A stretch of DNA of 64,000 nucleotides from Candidatus Latescibacterota bacterium (GTDB lineage: Bacteria > Latescibacterota > UBA2968 > UBA8231). Position numbers and translations under genes: made by a program. Numbering within the stretch: the stretch's first letter is position 1; each line of letters begins with the position of its first letter. This document shows, one piece after another, positions 43,201 through 55,617 of the stretch. The notes beneath the pieces were generated by a model that had not been told where the DNA came from, did no database searches, and saw only the letters and a list, made by a program, of their open reading frames with translations. Location of the stretch: contig OZ252098.1 of NCBI GenBank assembly GCA_965248355.1, forward strand, positions 5,439,662-5,503,661, written 5' to 3'.

Positions 43201-46200
43201 TCGGGACGACGGATGGAACCGCGGTAGCGGGCATCGACTATGCGGATACGACCGGTACGCTGACCTTCGCGCCCGGCACGACGTCGCGGACGGTTGCGGT
43301 GCGGATCGAAGACGATGACGTGGATGAGGAGAATGAGACGTTCACGCTGGTGCTGAGCGATGCGGTGAACGCCAACCTGCCGGCGTTGTCGGGGACGGGG
43401 TTGGGTACGATACGGGACGACGACACCCGCGGGGTGACGGTCGCGCCGGAGGCGCTGTCGGTGACGGAGAACGGCAGTGCGACCTATGCGGTGGCGCTGG
43501 ACTCGGAGCCGACCGATGAGGTGACGGTGACCGTTTCGGTTCCGGCGAACTCGGAGTTGTCCGTCGATAAGCCATCCCTGACGTTCACCACCGGGAATTG
43601 GAACACGGCGCAGACGATGACCGTGAGCGCGGACGACGATGACGATGCGGTGGCAGACGACGTGGTGACGATCGGCCATTCGGCGAGCGGGGGAGACTAC
43701 AACAACGAGTCGGCCAGCGTCGAGGTGACCATCGTGGAGGACGATACCCCGACCCTGTCGATTGCCGACCGGAGCGCCGCGGAGTCCGACGGCACGATCG
43801 GGTTCTCGGTAACCCTGAGTATCGAGAGCAGCGAGCAGGTGACGGTCGACTACGTCACGTCGAACGGGACCGGCGCCGGGGCGGCGACCGCGGGTGAGGA
43901 TTACACGGCCAGAAGTGCGACCCTGCACTTCCCGGCCAACAGCACGACGCCGCAGACCATCAGTATCCCGATTACGGACGACTCGGTGGACGAGGAGGAG
44001 GAGACCTTCACGGTGACGCTGAGCAACGCGTCCAACGCGGCCCTGGCGGGTGGACAGGAGACGCTCGAGGCGACCGGGACGATTGAGGACGACGACGCGA
44101 CGCCGACGGCGGTGCGGTTGTCGGTGGACCCGGAGAAGATGTCGGAGGGCGCGGGGGCGACGGATGTGGCCGTGACGGCGACGCTGGAGGGGGACAGCCG
44201 GTTGCCGGGAGATACGGATGTGGCCGTGACGGTGAGCGACGGGACTGCGGGCAGTGCGGATTACACGGCCACAGAGGCGATGGTGCGGATACCCGCGGGT
44301 GAGCAGTCGGGGACCGGGACGGTGCGCCTGACGCCGGTGGATGACACCCTGGACGAGGACGATGAGACGGTTGTGGTGAACGGCTCGGCCGGGACGCTGA
44401 CGGTGAGTTCGGCGACGCTGACGATCGAAGACGACGACGCCACGCCGGGTCTGTCGATTGGGGAAGACGTGTCGGTGGCGGAGGGAGGCACGGCCACGTT
44501 CACGGTGACGCTGGGCGCGGCGATCGGTCGTGAGGTGACGGTGGACTGGGCGACGTCGGACGGGACGGCGACTGCGGGCGAGGACTATGCGGCGGTGACG
44601 GATGGCCGCATCACCTTCAGCCCCGGGGGTGCGCTGAGCCAGACGATTGGCGTGACAGTCAGCGACGATCAGGTGGATGAGGCGAATGAGACATTCACTG
44701 TGGCGCTGAGCAATGCGGTGAACGCGCAGGTGGAGACCGGGAAAGAGAGCGCGACCGGGACGATTGAGGACGACGACGAGCGCGGGGTGACGGTCGCGCC
44801 GGAGGCACTGTCGGTGACGGAGAATAGCAGTGCGACCTATACGGTGGCGCTGGACTCGGAGCCTACCGCGGAGGTGACGGTTGGTGTGGCGGTTCCGCCG
44901 AACTCGGAGCTGTCCGTGGACAAGACGACGCTGAGGTTCACGGCGGATAACTGGAACACGGCGCAGCAGATTGAGGTGAGCGCGGCCGACGATGACGACG
45001 CGGTGGCCGATGCGGCGGCGACGGTCGGCCATTCGGCCAGCGGGGGGGACTACAACGGGCAGACGGCCGAGGTCGAGGTGACCATCGTGGAGGACGATAC
45101 CCCGACCCTGTCGATTGCCAACCGGAGCGCCGCGGAGTCCGACGGCACGATGGCGTTCGCGGTGACGCTGAGCGTGGCCAGCAGCAATGTCGTGACAGTG
45201 GCCTATGCCACCTCGAACGGAACGGGCCCTGAAGCGGCGACCGCGGGGGAGGACTACACGGAAGCCAATGGCACGCTCGCCTTCCCGGCCAACAGCACGG
45301 CGCCGCAGACGATCAGCGTGTCGATAGCGAACGACGCGGTGGACGAGGCGGTCGAGACCTTTGCGGTGACGCTGAGCAATGTGCAGCAGGCGTCGCTGGC
45401 GGGCGGAGGCAGCACCCTTTCGGCGGCCGGCACGATCACCGACGACGACGAGCGCGGGGTGACGGTGTCGGAGACGCAGCTGGATCTCGCGGAAGGCGGC
45501 AGCGGCATCTACACGGTGGTGCTGACCTCGGAGCCGACCGCGGACGTGACCGTGAATGTGACGGTGCCGCAGGGCACGGACGTATCGGCGACCCCGACGA
45601 GTCTGACCTTCACCGCGGGCGACTGGAATACGGCGCAGACGGTGACGGTCGGCGCGGCCGAGGACGCCGACGCGGTGGACGATGCGGCCGTGACGATTTC
45701 GCACTCGGTCAGCAGCACGGGCGATTACGGCGGCGAGACCGCCGCGGACGTGGAAGTGACGATCGCGGAAACCGACACGCCGACGCTGAGCCTCGCGGAT
45801 GAGAGCGTGGCCGAGGATGCCGGGACTGTGACGTTCACCGTGACGCTGAGCGTGGCCAGCAGCAATGAGGTGACGGTGGCCTATGCCACCTCGAACGGAA
45901 CGGGCCCTGGAGCGGCAACCGCGGGCGAGGACTACACGGAGGCCAATGGCACGCTGACGTTCCCGGCCAACAGCACGGCGTCGCAGACGATCGGGGTGCC
46001 GATAACGGATGACGACGTGGACGAGGCGAACGAGACCTTCACGGTGACATTGAGCGCTGCGCAGCAGGCGACCCTGTCCGGCGGACAGGCAACGCTGGCG
46101 GCGACCGGGACGATCACCGATGACGATGCGCGCGGCGTGACCGTGACCCCGACGGCCCTGACAGTGGACGAGGGTGGCAGCGGGACCTACGCGGTGGTGC

Positions 46201-46810
46201 TGACTTCGCAGCCGACCGCGGACGTGACGGTGGATGTGACGGTTCCGCAGGGCACGGACGTATCGGTGGACAAGACGAGCCTGACGTTCACTTCAGACGA
46301 CTGGGAGACGGCGCAGACGGTGACGGTCGGCGCGGCCGGGGACGACGACGCGGTGGTGGATGATGCGGTGACGATTACGCACGCGGTCAGCAGCGCGGGC
46401 GACTACGCCGGCGAGACCGCCGCGGACGTGGAAGTGAGGATCGCGGAGTCCGACACGCCGACGCTGAGCATCGCGGATGAGAGCGTGGCCGAGGATGCCG
46501 TCAGCGCGACGTTCACCGTGACGCTGAGCGTGGCCAGCAGCAATGAAGTGACGGTGAAATACGCCACCTCCAACGGAACGGGCCCTGAAGCGGCGACCGC
46601 GGGCGAGGATTACACGGAGGCTGACGGCACCCTGACGTTCCCTGCGAACAGCGCGGCGCCGCAGACGATCCGCGTGCCGATAACGGATGACGATCTGGAC
46701 GAGGCGAACGAGGAGACCTTCACACTGACGCTGCACAGCGCTGCGCATGCGGATCTGGCCGGCGGCGGGACGACGCTTGCGGCGGCCGGCACGATCACCG
46801 ACGACGACGA
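37210..46810 (+). repeat. Array of two-domain units (period about 681-684 bp), interrupted by other modules
   Basis: Recurring RGVTVTPTA...HTVSSTGDY...TPTLSI...ETFTVTLSNAS units with high DNA identity. Confidence 0.85.
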
Positions 46811-47168
46811 TCCGCCGGCCGCCGGCATAGCGGACGCCGGTGCGTCGGAGGGGGACGGCGGGATCACCTTCACGGTGAGTCTGGAAACGGCCAGCGCCCG
46901 GGTGGTGACGGTGGACTGGGCCACGGCCGCGGACGCCGCCGCAGTCAACCCGGCGACCGCGGATGCGGACTACACCGCGGCGAACGGCACGCTGACGTTC
47001 CCCGCGCAGAGCACGGAGCGGACGATCCGCGTGCTGCTGGTGGACGACGACGCGGTCGAAGAGTCGGAGACCTTCAAGGTGGAGCTGAGCAACGCCCGGT
47101 ACGCGACTCTGCAGGCGAGCGCCGCCGCCGCGGTGGGGACGATCGCCGACGACGACGTGGCGCCCCCG

Positions 47169-47273
47169 CCTGGGGAGGATCCGCCCACCCCTGGGGGAGA
47201 GCCACCCACCCCTGGGGAGGACCCGCCCCCGCCGAAGGAGGACCCGCCCACCCCTGGGGAGGACCCGCCCGTC
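47169..47273 (+). repeat. 5 x 21-bp Pro-rich minisatellite (PGEDPPT)
   Basis: CCTGGGGAGGACCCGCCCACC-like units in tandem. Confidence 0.9.
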
Positions 47274-47879
47274 ACCAGGAATCCGGAGGTGATCGTCTTC
47301 TTCGGGGCCGCGGACTACGAGGCCGCGGAAGGCGGCAGCGCCGCGGTGACCGTGCGCCTGAGCGCCGACCCCGAACGCCGGGTGACGATTCCGCTGACCA
47401 GGACCCACGTGGAGGGTGCCGGGGCCGCCGACTATTCGGGAGTGCCGGCCAACGTCGCTTTTTCCGCCGGCGAGACCTCGCAGGAGTTCGCCGTGACCGC
47501 CGTGGACGACGCCGTGGACGACGACGGCGAGGCCGTCGTTCTCGGCTTCGGAGCCTTGCCGTCCGGGGTCGCAGCGGGGGAGCCGGCCACGGCCGCGGTG
47601 GCCCTGGCCGACGACGACGTGCGCGGCGTGACCGTGCGGCCGGAAGCCCTGAACGTGCCGGAGGGCGGCAGCGGCTCCTACACGGTGGTGCTGGACACGG
47701 AGCCGACCGCTGAAGTGACCGTGTTGGTGGCGGCCCCGTCCGCTTCGGAGCTGTCCCTGGACGAGACCTCGCTGACCTTCGCGCCGGCGATCTGGAGCAG
47801 GCCGCAGACCGTGACCGTGAGGGCCGCCGAGGACGCCGACGCGATGGCCGACGATCCGGTGACCTTGATCCACGCGGTC

Positions 47880-50800
47880 AGGGGCGGCGACTACGAGGGC
47901 GTGCCCGCGGCCCCTGTCGAGGTGACGATCATCGAGGACGACGCGCCGACCCTGGCCGTTGCCGGCGGGACCGCGGCCGAGGGGGAGGGAGCGATCGAGT
48001 TTGCCGTCACCCTGAGCCTGTCCAGCAGCAGCGCGGTGACGGTGGAGTACGCGACGTCGGACGTCAGCGCCATGGCGGGGGCCGACTACCAGTGGACGGC
48101 CGGGATCCTGACCCTGCCGGCCGGAACGACGGAAGCGGCGATCCGCGTGCGGGTCGTCGACGACGACATCGACGAGGCGGACGAGACCTTCAGGGTCCTG
48201 TTGAGCAATGCGGTGAACGCGGTCGTGGGGGACGGCGAGGCCTTCGGTGAGATCGCCGACGACGACCTGCCGGTGGTGGAGATCGCCGCGGACCGGGCCG
48301 CGGTGGAGGAAGGCGGTACCGCGGCCTTCACCCTGACCCGGGCCGGCGACCTGACCGGGCCGCTGACCGTGCCGGTGCGCGTCGCCGAGCGCGGCGTGTT
48401 CCTGTCGGACGGGGTCCCGTCCGCGGCGACCTTTGCGGCGGGCGCGGCTACCGCGGCCCTCGAGGCGGCGACCACGGAGGACGCGGTCGACGAGGCCGAC
48501 GGTGCCGTGACCGCGGCGATCCTCGGCGCCGCCTCGCACCGGGTGGGCGCCTCGGCCCGCGCCGTAGTGACGGTTGCCGACAACGACGTGCGCGGGGTCA
48601 GGGTTTCGACGACCGCCTTGACTCTGCCCGAGGGCGGGGCCGGCACCTATACCGTGACGCTGGAAACAGAGCCCACCGGCGAGGTGACCATCCGGATGAA
48701 GATGGTATCGGAGGACCTCACGGTGACTCCGCCGATGCTGTCGTTCTCCCCGATGACCTGGGATGCGCCGCAGACGGTGACGGTGCGGGCCGCCGAGGAC
48801 GCCGACGCGGTCCTGGACCCTGCGGTGACCTTGACCCACGCGGTCAGCGGCGGCGACTACGGGGGCGTGCCCGCGTCTCCCGTCGAGGTGAGGATCCTCG
48901 AGGACGACGCCCCGGTCCTGGCCGTGGCCGGCGGGGCCGCCGCGGAAGGGGACGGGGAGATCGAGTTCGCCGTCACCCTGAGCCTGGCCAGCAGCAGCGA
49001 GGTGACCGTGGAGTACGCCACCGCGGAGGGCACGGCGAGGGCGGGCGAGGATTTCGAGCCGGCCACCGGGACCCTGACCTTCCCCGCCGGCGCCACCTCG
49101 GCGACGATTCGCGTGCCGGTCCTCGACGACGACGTCGACGAGGCGGCCGAGACTTTCACGGTGCGGTTGAGCCATGCCGTGAACGCGGCCGTGGGCGACG
49201 GCGAGGCCTTCGGTGAGATCGCCGACGACGACCTGCCGGTGGTGGAGATCGCCGCGGACCGGGAGGCGGCGGTAGAAGGGGAGACGGTGACGTTCACCCT
49301 GACCCGGGCCGGCGATCTGACCGGGCCGCTGAGCGTGCCGGTGGGCGTGACGCAGGAGGGTGAGTACCTGTCGGGCACGGCGCCTTCTTCGGTGAGATTC
49401 GCGGCCGGGGCGGCGACCGCGGCGTTCGCCGTGGCCACCGAGAACGACGATCGCGACGAGGAGGACGGGGCGGTTGCCGCGGAGATCCTCGGCGCCGCCT
49501 CGCACCGGGCGGGCGCCTCGGCCCGCGCCGCGGTGCCGGTGGCCGACGACGACGTGCGCGGGGTGAGGCTGTCCGCGACCTCCCTGACCGTGGCCGAGGG
49601 TGGCCGCGCGACCTATACGGTGGTGCTGACCTCGGAGCCGGACGCGGCGGTGACCGTTGCGATGGCGGTGCCCTCGGGCACGGATCTGACCGTGGTTCCG
49701 TCGGAGTTGACCTTTGCCGCGGCGACCTGGGAGGCGCCTCGGACCGTGACCGTGCGCGCGGATCAGGATGCCGACGCCGTATCGGACGATCCGGCGGCGA
49801 TCAGCCATGTGGTCGGCGGCGGCGACTACGAGGGTCTGTCCGCGGCCGGCGTCGAGGTGAGGATCCTCGAGGACGACGTCCCGGTCCTGGCCGTGGCCGG
49901 AGGGGCCGCCGCGGAAGGGGACGGGGAGATCGAGTTCGCCGTCACCCTGAGCGTGGCCAGCAGCAGCGCGGTGACGGTGGAGTATGCCACCGCGGAGGGC
50001 ACGGCGAGGGCGGGCGAGGATTTCGAGCCGGCCACCGGGACCCTGACCTTCCCCGCCGGAGCCACCTCGGCGACGATTCGCGTGCCGGTCCTCGACGACG
50101 ACGTCGACGAGGCGGCCGAGACTTTCACGGTGCGGTTGAGCCATGCCGTGAACGCGGCCGTGGGCGACGGCGAGGCCTTCGGTGAGATCGCCGACGACGA
50201 CCTGCCGGTGGTGGAGATCGCCGCGGACCGGGAGGCGGCGGTAGAAGGGGAGACGGTGACGTTCACCCTGACCCGGGCCGGCGACCTGACCGGGCCGCTG
50301 AGCGTGCCGGTGGGCGTGACGCAGGAGGGTGAGTACCTGTCGGGCACGGCGCCTTCTTCGGTGAGATTCGCGGCCGGGGCGGCGACCGCGGCGTTCGCCG
50401 TGGCCACCGAGAACGACGATCGCGACGAGGAGGACGGGGCGGTTGCCGCGGAGATCCTCGGCGCCGCCTCGCACCGGGCGGGCGCCTCGGCCCGCGCCGC
50501 GGTGCCGGTGGCCGACGACGACGTGCGCGGGGTGAGGCTGTCCGCGACCTCCCTGACCGTGGCCGAGGGCGGCCGCGCGACCTATACGGTGGTGCTGACC
50601 TCGGAGCCGGAAGCGGCGGTGACCGTTGCGATGGCGGTGCCCTCGGGCACGGATCTGACCGTGGTTCCGTCGGAGTTGACCTTTGCCGCGGCGACCTGGG
50701 AGGCGCCTCGGACCGTGACCGTGCGCGCGGATCAGGATGCCGACGCCGTATGGGACGATCCGGCGGCGATCAGCCATGTGGTCGGCGGCGGCGACTACGA

Positions 50801-51500
50801 GGGTCTGTCCGCACCCGGCGTCGAGGTGACGATCGCCGAGGACGACGTCCCGGTCCTGGCCGTGGCCGGAGGGGCCGCCGCGGAAGGGGACGGGGAGATC
50901 GAGTTCGCCGTCACCCTGAGCCTGGCCAGCAGCAGCGAGGTGACCGTGGAGTACGCCACCGCGGAGGGCACGGCGAAGGCGGGCGAGGACTTCGAGCCGG
51001 CCGCCGGGACCCTGACCTTCCCCGCCGGCGCCACGGCGGCGACGATTCGCGTGCGCCTCGTCGACGACGACGTCGACGAGGCGGCCGAGACCTTCACGGT
51101 GCGGTTGAGCCAGGCGGTGAACGCGGCCGTGGGCGACGGCGAGGCCGCCGGTGAGATCGCCGACGACGACCTGCCGGTGGTGGAGATCGCGGCGGAGCCG
51201 GCGGCGCTGAAAGAGGGCGGTACCGCGACCTTCACCCTGACCCGGGCCGGCGACCTGGCGGTGCCGCTGAGCGTCCCGGTGCGCGTCGGCGAGCTCGGCG
51301 CCTTCCTGTCGGGTACGGCGCCTTCCCCGGTGGCCTTCGCGGCCGGGGCGGCGACCGCGGCGTTCGCCGTGGCCACCGAGGACGACGCGGTCGACGAGGC
51401 CGACGGGGCGGTGACCGCGGAGATCATCGGCGGGGACGGACACCGGGCCGGCGCGGCCGCCCGGGCCACGGTGGCGGTCGCCGACGACGACGTGCGCGGG
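47880..51500 (+). repeat. About 969-bp three-domain repeats; two copies near-identical
   Basis: Near-identical antisense ORFs begin at 48857, 49826 and 50795 (spacing 969). Confidence 0.88.
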
Positions 51501-51806
51501 GTGCGGATCCTGGAGACCGCCTTGACGATCCGGGAGGGCGGCAGCGGCCTTTGTCCGGTGGTCCTGACCTCGGAGCCGACCGCTCCGGTGACGTTCTCCG
51601 CGGTCATGCCCGCGGGCGCGGAGATCACCATGGCCCCGCCGGCGCTGAGGTTCACCCCGGCCAACTGGAGCCAGAAGCAGGTGGTGACGGTGCGCGCCCT
51701 CCACGATGCCGACGCGGTGGCCGACGATCCGCTGGTCCTGGCGCATACGGTGAAAGGCGGCGACTACGAGGGCCTGGCCGCTCCCGTGGTCACGGTGACG
51801 ATCACC

Positions 51807-53750
51807 GAGGACGACGTACCGGGCGTGAAGGTCTCGGAGACGGCCCTGACCCTGGCCGAGGGGGATGCCGGCACCTACACGGTGGTGCTGGACACGGAGC
51901 CGGCCGCCGAGGTGACGGTGGCCGTGGAGGTGCCTTCGGGCACGGACCTGACGGTGACCCCCTCGGAGTTGCGGTTTACCGCCACCGACTGGAACACGGC
52001 GCAGACGGTGACGGTGACCGCGTCCCATGATGCCGATGCCGTGGCCGACGTTCCGGTGACCCTGGCGCATGAGGTCAGCGGCGGCGATTACCAGGGCCTG
52101 GCCGCGGCCGGCGTCGAGGTGACCATCGCCGAGGACGACGTACCGGGCGTGAAGGTCTCGGAGCCCGCCCTGACCGTGGTCGAGGGGGATGCCGCCACCT
52201 ACACGGTGGTGCTGGACACGGAGCCGGCCGCCGAGGTGACGGTGGCCGTGGAGGTACCCGAGGGTGCGGAGATCACGACGGCCCCTTCGCAGCTGACCTT
52301 CACGACGGAGACCTGGAACACGGAACAGACGGTGACGGTGACCGCGATCCAGGACGCCGATGCTGTGGCCGACCTTCCGGTGACCCTGGCGCATGAGGTC
52401 AGCGGCGGCGATTACCAGGGCCTGGCCGCGGCCGGCGTCGAGGTGACCATCGCCGAGGACGACGTACCGGGTGTGAGGATCTCGGAGACCGCCCTGACCC
52501 TGGCCGAGGGGGGCAGCGGCACCTACACGGTGGCGCTCGACACGGAGCCGGCCGCCGAGGTGACGGTGGCCGTGGAGGTACCCGAGGGTGCGGAGATCAC
52601 GACGGCCCCTTCGCAGCTGACCTTCACGACGGAGACCTGGAACACGGAACAGACGGTGACGGTGACCGCGATCCAGGACGCCGATGCCGTGGCCGACCTT
52701 CCGGTGACCCTGGCGCATGAGGTCAGCGGCGGCGATTACCAGGGCCTGGCCGCGGCCGGCGTCGAGGTGACCATCGCCGAGGACGACGTACCGGGCGTGA
52801 AGGTCTCGGAGACGGCCCTGACCCTGGCCGAGGGGGATGCCGGTACCTACACGGTGGTGCTGGACACGGAGCCGGCCGCCGAGGTGACGGTGGCCGTGGA
52901 GGTGCCTTCGGGCACGGACCTGACGGTGACCCCCTCGGAGTTGCGGTTTACCGCCGCGGACTGGCACACGGCGCAGACGGTGACGGTGACCGCGATCCAG
53001 GACGCCGATGCCGTGGCCGACCTTCCGGTGACCCTGGCGCATGAGGTCAGCGGCGGCGATTACCAGGGCCTGGCCGCGGCCGGCGTCGAGGTGACCATCG
53101 CCGAGGACGACGTACCGGGCGTGAAGGTCTCGGAGACGGCCCTGACCCTGGCCGAGGGGGATGCCGGTACCTACACGGTGGTGCTGGACACGGAGCCGGC
53201 CGCCGAGGTGACGGTGGCCGTGGAGGTGCCTTCGGGCACGGACCTGACGGTGACCCCCTCGGAGTTGCGGTTTACCGCCACCGACTGGCACACGGCGCAG
53301 ACGGTGACGGTGACCGCGATCCAGGACGCCGATGCCGTGGCCGACCTTCCGGTGACCCTGGCGCATGAGGTCAGCGGCGGCGATTACCAGGGCCTGGCCG
53401 CGGCCGGCGTCGAGGTGACCATCGCCGAGGACGACGTACCGGGCGTGAAGGTCTCGGAGCCCGCCCTGACCGTGGTCGAGGGGGACGCCGCCACCTACAC
53501 GGTGGTGCTGGACACGGAGCCGGCCGCCGAGGTCACGGTGGCGGTGGAAGTGCCCGCGGGTGCGGAGATCACGGCGGCCCCTTCGCAGCTGACCTTCACG
53601 ACGGAGACCTGGAACACGGAGCAGACGGTGACGGTGACCGCGATCCAGGACGCCGACGCCATTGCCGACGATCCGGTGACCCTGGCGCATACGGTGCGCG
53701 GCGGCGACTACGAGGGCCTGGCCGCGGCCGGCGTCGAGGTGACGATCACC
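51807..53750 (+). repeat. 6 x 324-bp tandem repeats (108 aa)
   Basis: GAGGACGACGTACCGGG at 51807, 52131, 52455, 52779, 53103 and 53427. Confidence 0.93.
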
Positions 53751-55542
53751 GAGGGGGACCTGCCGGTCCTGACCATCGCCGACGCCGAGGCGCCGGAGAG
53801 CGCCGGACAGATCCTCTTCACGGTGACCCTGAGCCTGGCCAGCAGCAGGACGGTGACCGTCGACTGCCGGACCGCCGACGGCACGGCGCGGGCGCACGAG
53901 GATTACACCGCCGCGGCGAACTTGCTGACCTTCGCTCCCGGCCGCACCGAGGCGCAGATTGCCGTGCCGGTCGCCAACGACGGGCTGCGAGAGGGGAACG
54001 AGACCTTCACGGTGGTCCTGAGCAACCCGGCCTACGCGACCATGGCCCGCGGCGCCGCGACCGGCACCATCGTCGACGACGACGCCTCGGTGGACGAGGC
54101 CTGGCTGGCGCGGTTCGGGCGCACCGCGGCCGGGCAGGTGATCGAGGCCCTGGACGAACGCCTGAGGCGGCTGCAACGGGGCGCGCACCTGACCATTGGG
54201 GGTCAGCGGCTGCAGCTGGGCGAGGCGCCCGAACCGGGGAGCCGGCCGCCGCATCGGAACATCCATCCGGTGGCGCCCTCGTTTCTGTCGTCAGACCTGC
54301 CCGGGCCCCTGCGGGCTCCCCGGACCGCACGCGGACCGCTGCGAACCGGGAGGGACCTGACCGGGGTTTCCTCGTTCGACATCCTGGCCCGCAGCTCCTT
54401 CTTCCTCTCCTCCGGACCGGCTCCCGGGGAAACGGGGGCCCGGTGGACCTTCTGGCGGCGGTGGGCGAAGTCGCATTTCAGGGGCGAGGATACCGGTATG
54501 TCCCTCGACGGCGGCCCCTGGACCGGCCTGCTTGGCGTCGACCGCGAGCAGGGCCGCGCGCTGGCCGGCCTCGCCTTGTCCTATACCATCGGGGACGGCG
54601 GATACCACGTGCACACGGCCGAGGAGGCCCTCGCGCGAGGCAATGCGGAAAGCTGGCTGATCAATGCGCATCCCTATCTGCGCGTCGCCCTCAACGAGCG
54701 GGTGTCGGCCTGGGGCCTGGTCGGCCACGGGCGCGGCCAGATGTCGCTGGGCGCCGGCCGCGAGCGCTCCGGCATCGCCATGACCCTGGGCGGACTGGGC
54801 CTGCGCGGAGCCCTGTTGCCGCCGGGCCGTCTCGGCCTGACGCTGCGGTCGGACGCCTTCCTGGTGCGCATGCGCTCCGCCGCCGCCGAGCCGGCGGTGA
54901 GCCGCGTGCGCATGGCGATGGAAGGCACCCGCGCCGTCCTGGCCGACTCGGGCCGCACCTGGACCCCCTCCCTGGAGCTGGGGGTGCGCCACGACGGCGG
55001 CGACGCCGAGACAGGGCTGGGTATGGAGCTGGGCGGCGGTCTGGGCTACAGGGACCCGGGGCGCGGCCTGACCGTCAAGACCACCGTGCGCCGGTTGCTC
55101 ATCCACCAGGACAGCGGCTACGAGGAATGGGGGGTGGGCGGTTCATTCGGTTTCAGCACGGGCGCCTCCGGCCGGGGGCTCGCCCTGCGGCTGCGGTCCT
55201 CCTACGGGGACGCGGCGAGCGGCGTGGACCGCTTCTGGTCGCAGCACCGCACCCCCCAGGCCGGGAGCTACCCCGCCGGCCGGGGCGGCCTGTTCAACGC
55301 CGAGGTGGGGTACGGTCTGGGAGCGTTGGGCGGCCTGCTGACCCCGTACGCCGACATGGCCTCGGGCCGGGGGACGCGCACCTACGGTCTGGGCGGGCGC
55401 CTGCGCCTGGAGCCCTCCCTGAGCCTGGAGCTGGCCGGCGGCCGCCGCGAGACGACCGCGGCCCCCCCCGGGCACGAGCTCAGGCTGCGCGGCACCCTGC
55501 ACTGGTAGCGCCCCGATCGCTTGATCTGGTCGATGCCGGCCC

Positions 55543-55561
55543 GTCCCGGCGGCACCGGGAC
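55543..55561. terminator. GC hairpin between convergent genes
   Basis: GTCCCGG-CGGCA-CCGGGAC just after the adhesin stop. Confidence 0.4.
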
Positions 55562-55617
55562 CGCGGCCTCGGGTGCTGGCGGAATGGGCGCCGGGGCCGG
55601 GGAGTGGCGCCTGGCCT

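Larger units (their letters stand above)
35591..55508 (+). pseudogene. Giant Calx-beta/Ig-like adhesin, C-terminal part (~6640 aa) ending in an autotransporter-like beta-barrel
   Basis: Many Calx-beta repeats (ATAGEDY...GTLTF...DDAVDE..ETF), two DUF11/DUF7507-like domains near 42420-43080, AWLARFGRT linker, RHDGGDAETG and a terminal Trp. Confidence 0.88.

Noticed and set aside
47169..47273. Possible CRISPR array
   Set aside because: Contiguous in-frame coding 21-mers with no spacers and no cas genes.
46293..54266. 2657-aa antisense ORF (and the 1386-aa ORF at 41544-45704)
   Set aside because: Shadow frames of the repetitive high-GC adhesin; Arg/His/Gly-rich with no domain signal.
35586..55508. 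Independent 6640-aa gene
   Set aside because: Its GTG lies inside the IS end, it has no signal peptide, and it continues the upstream ORF in frame.
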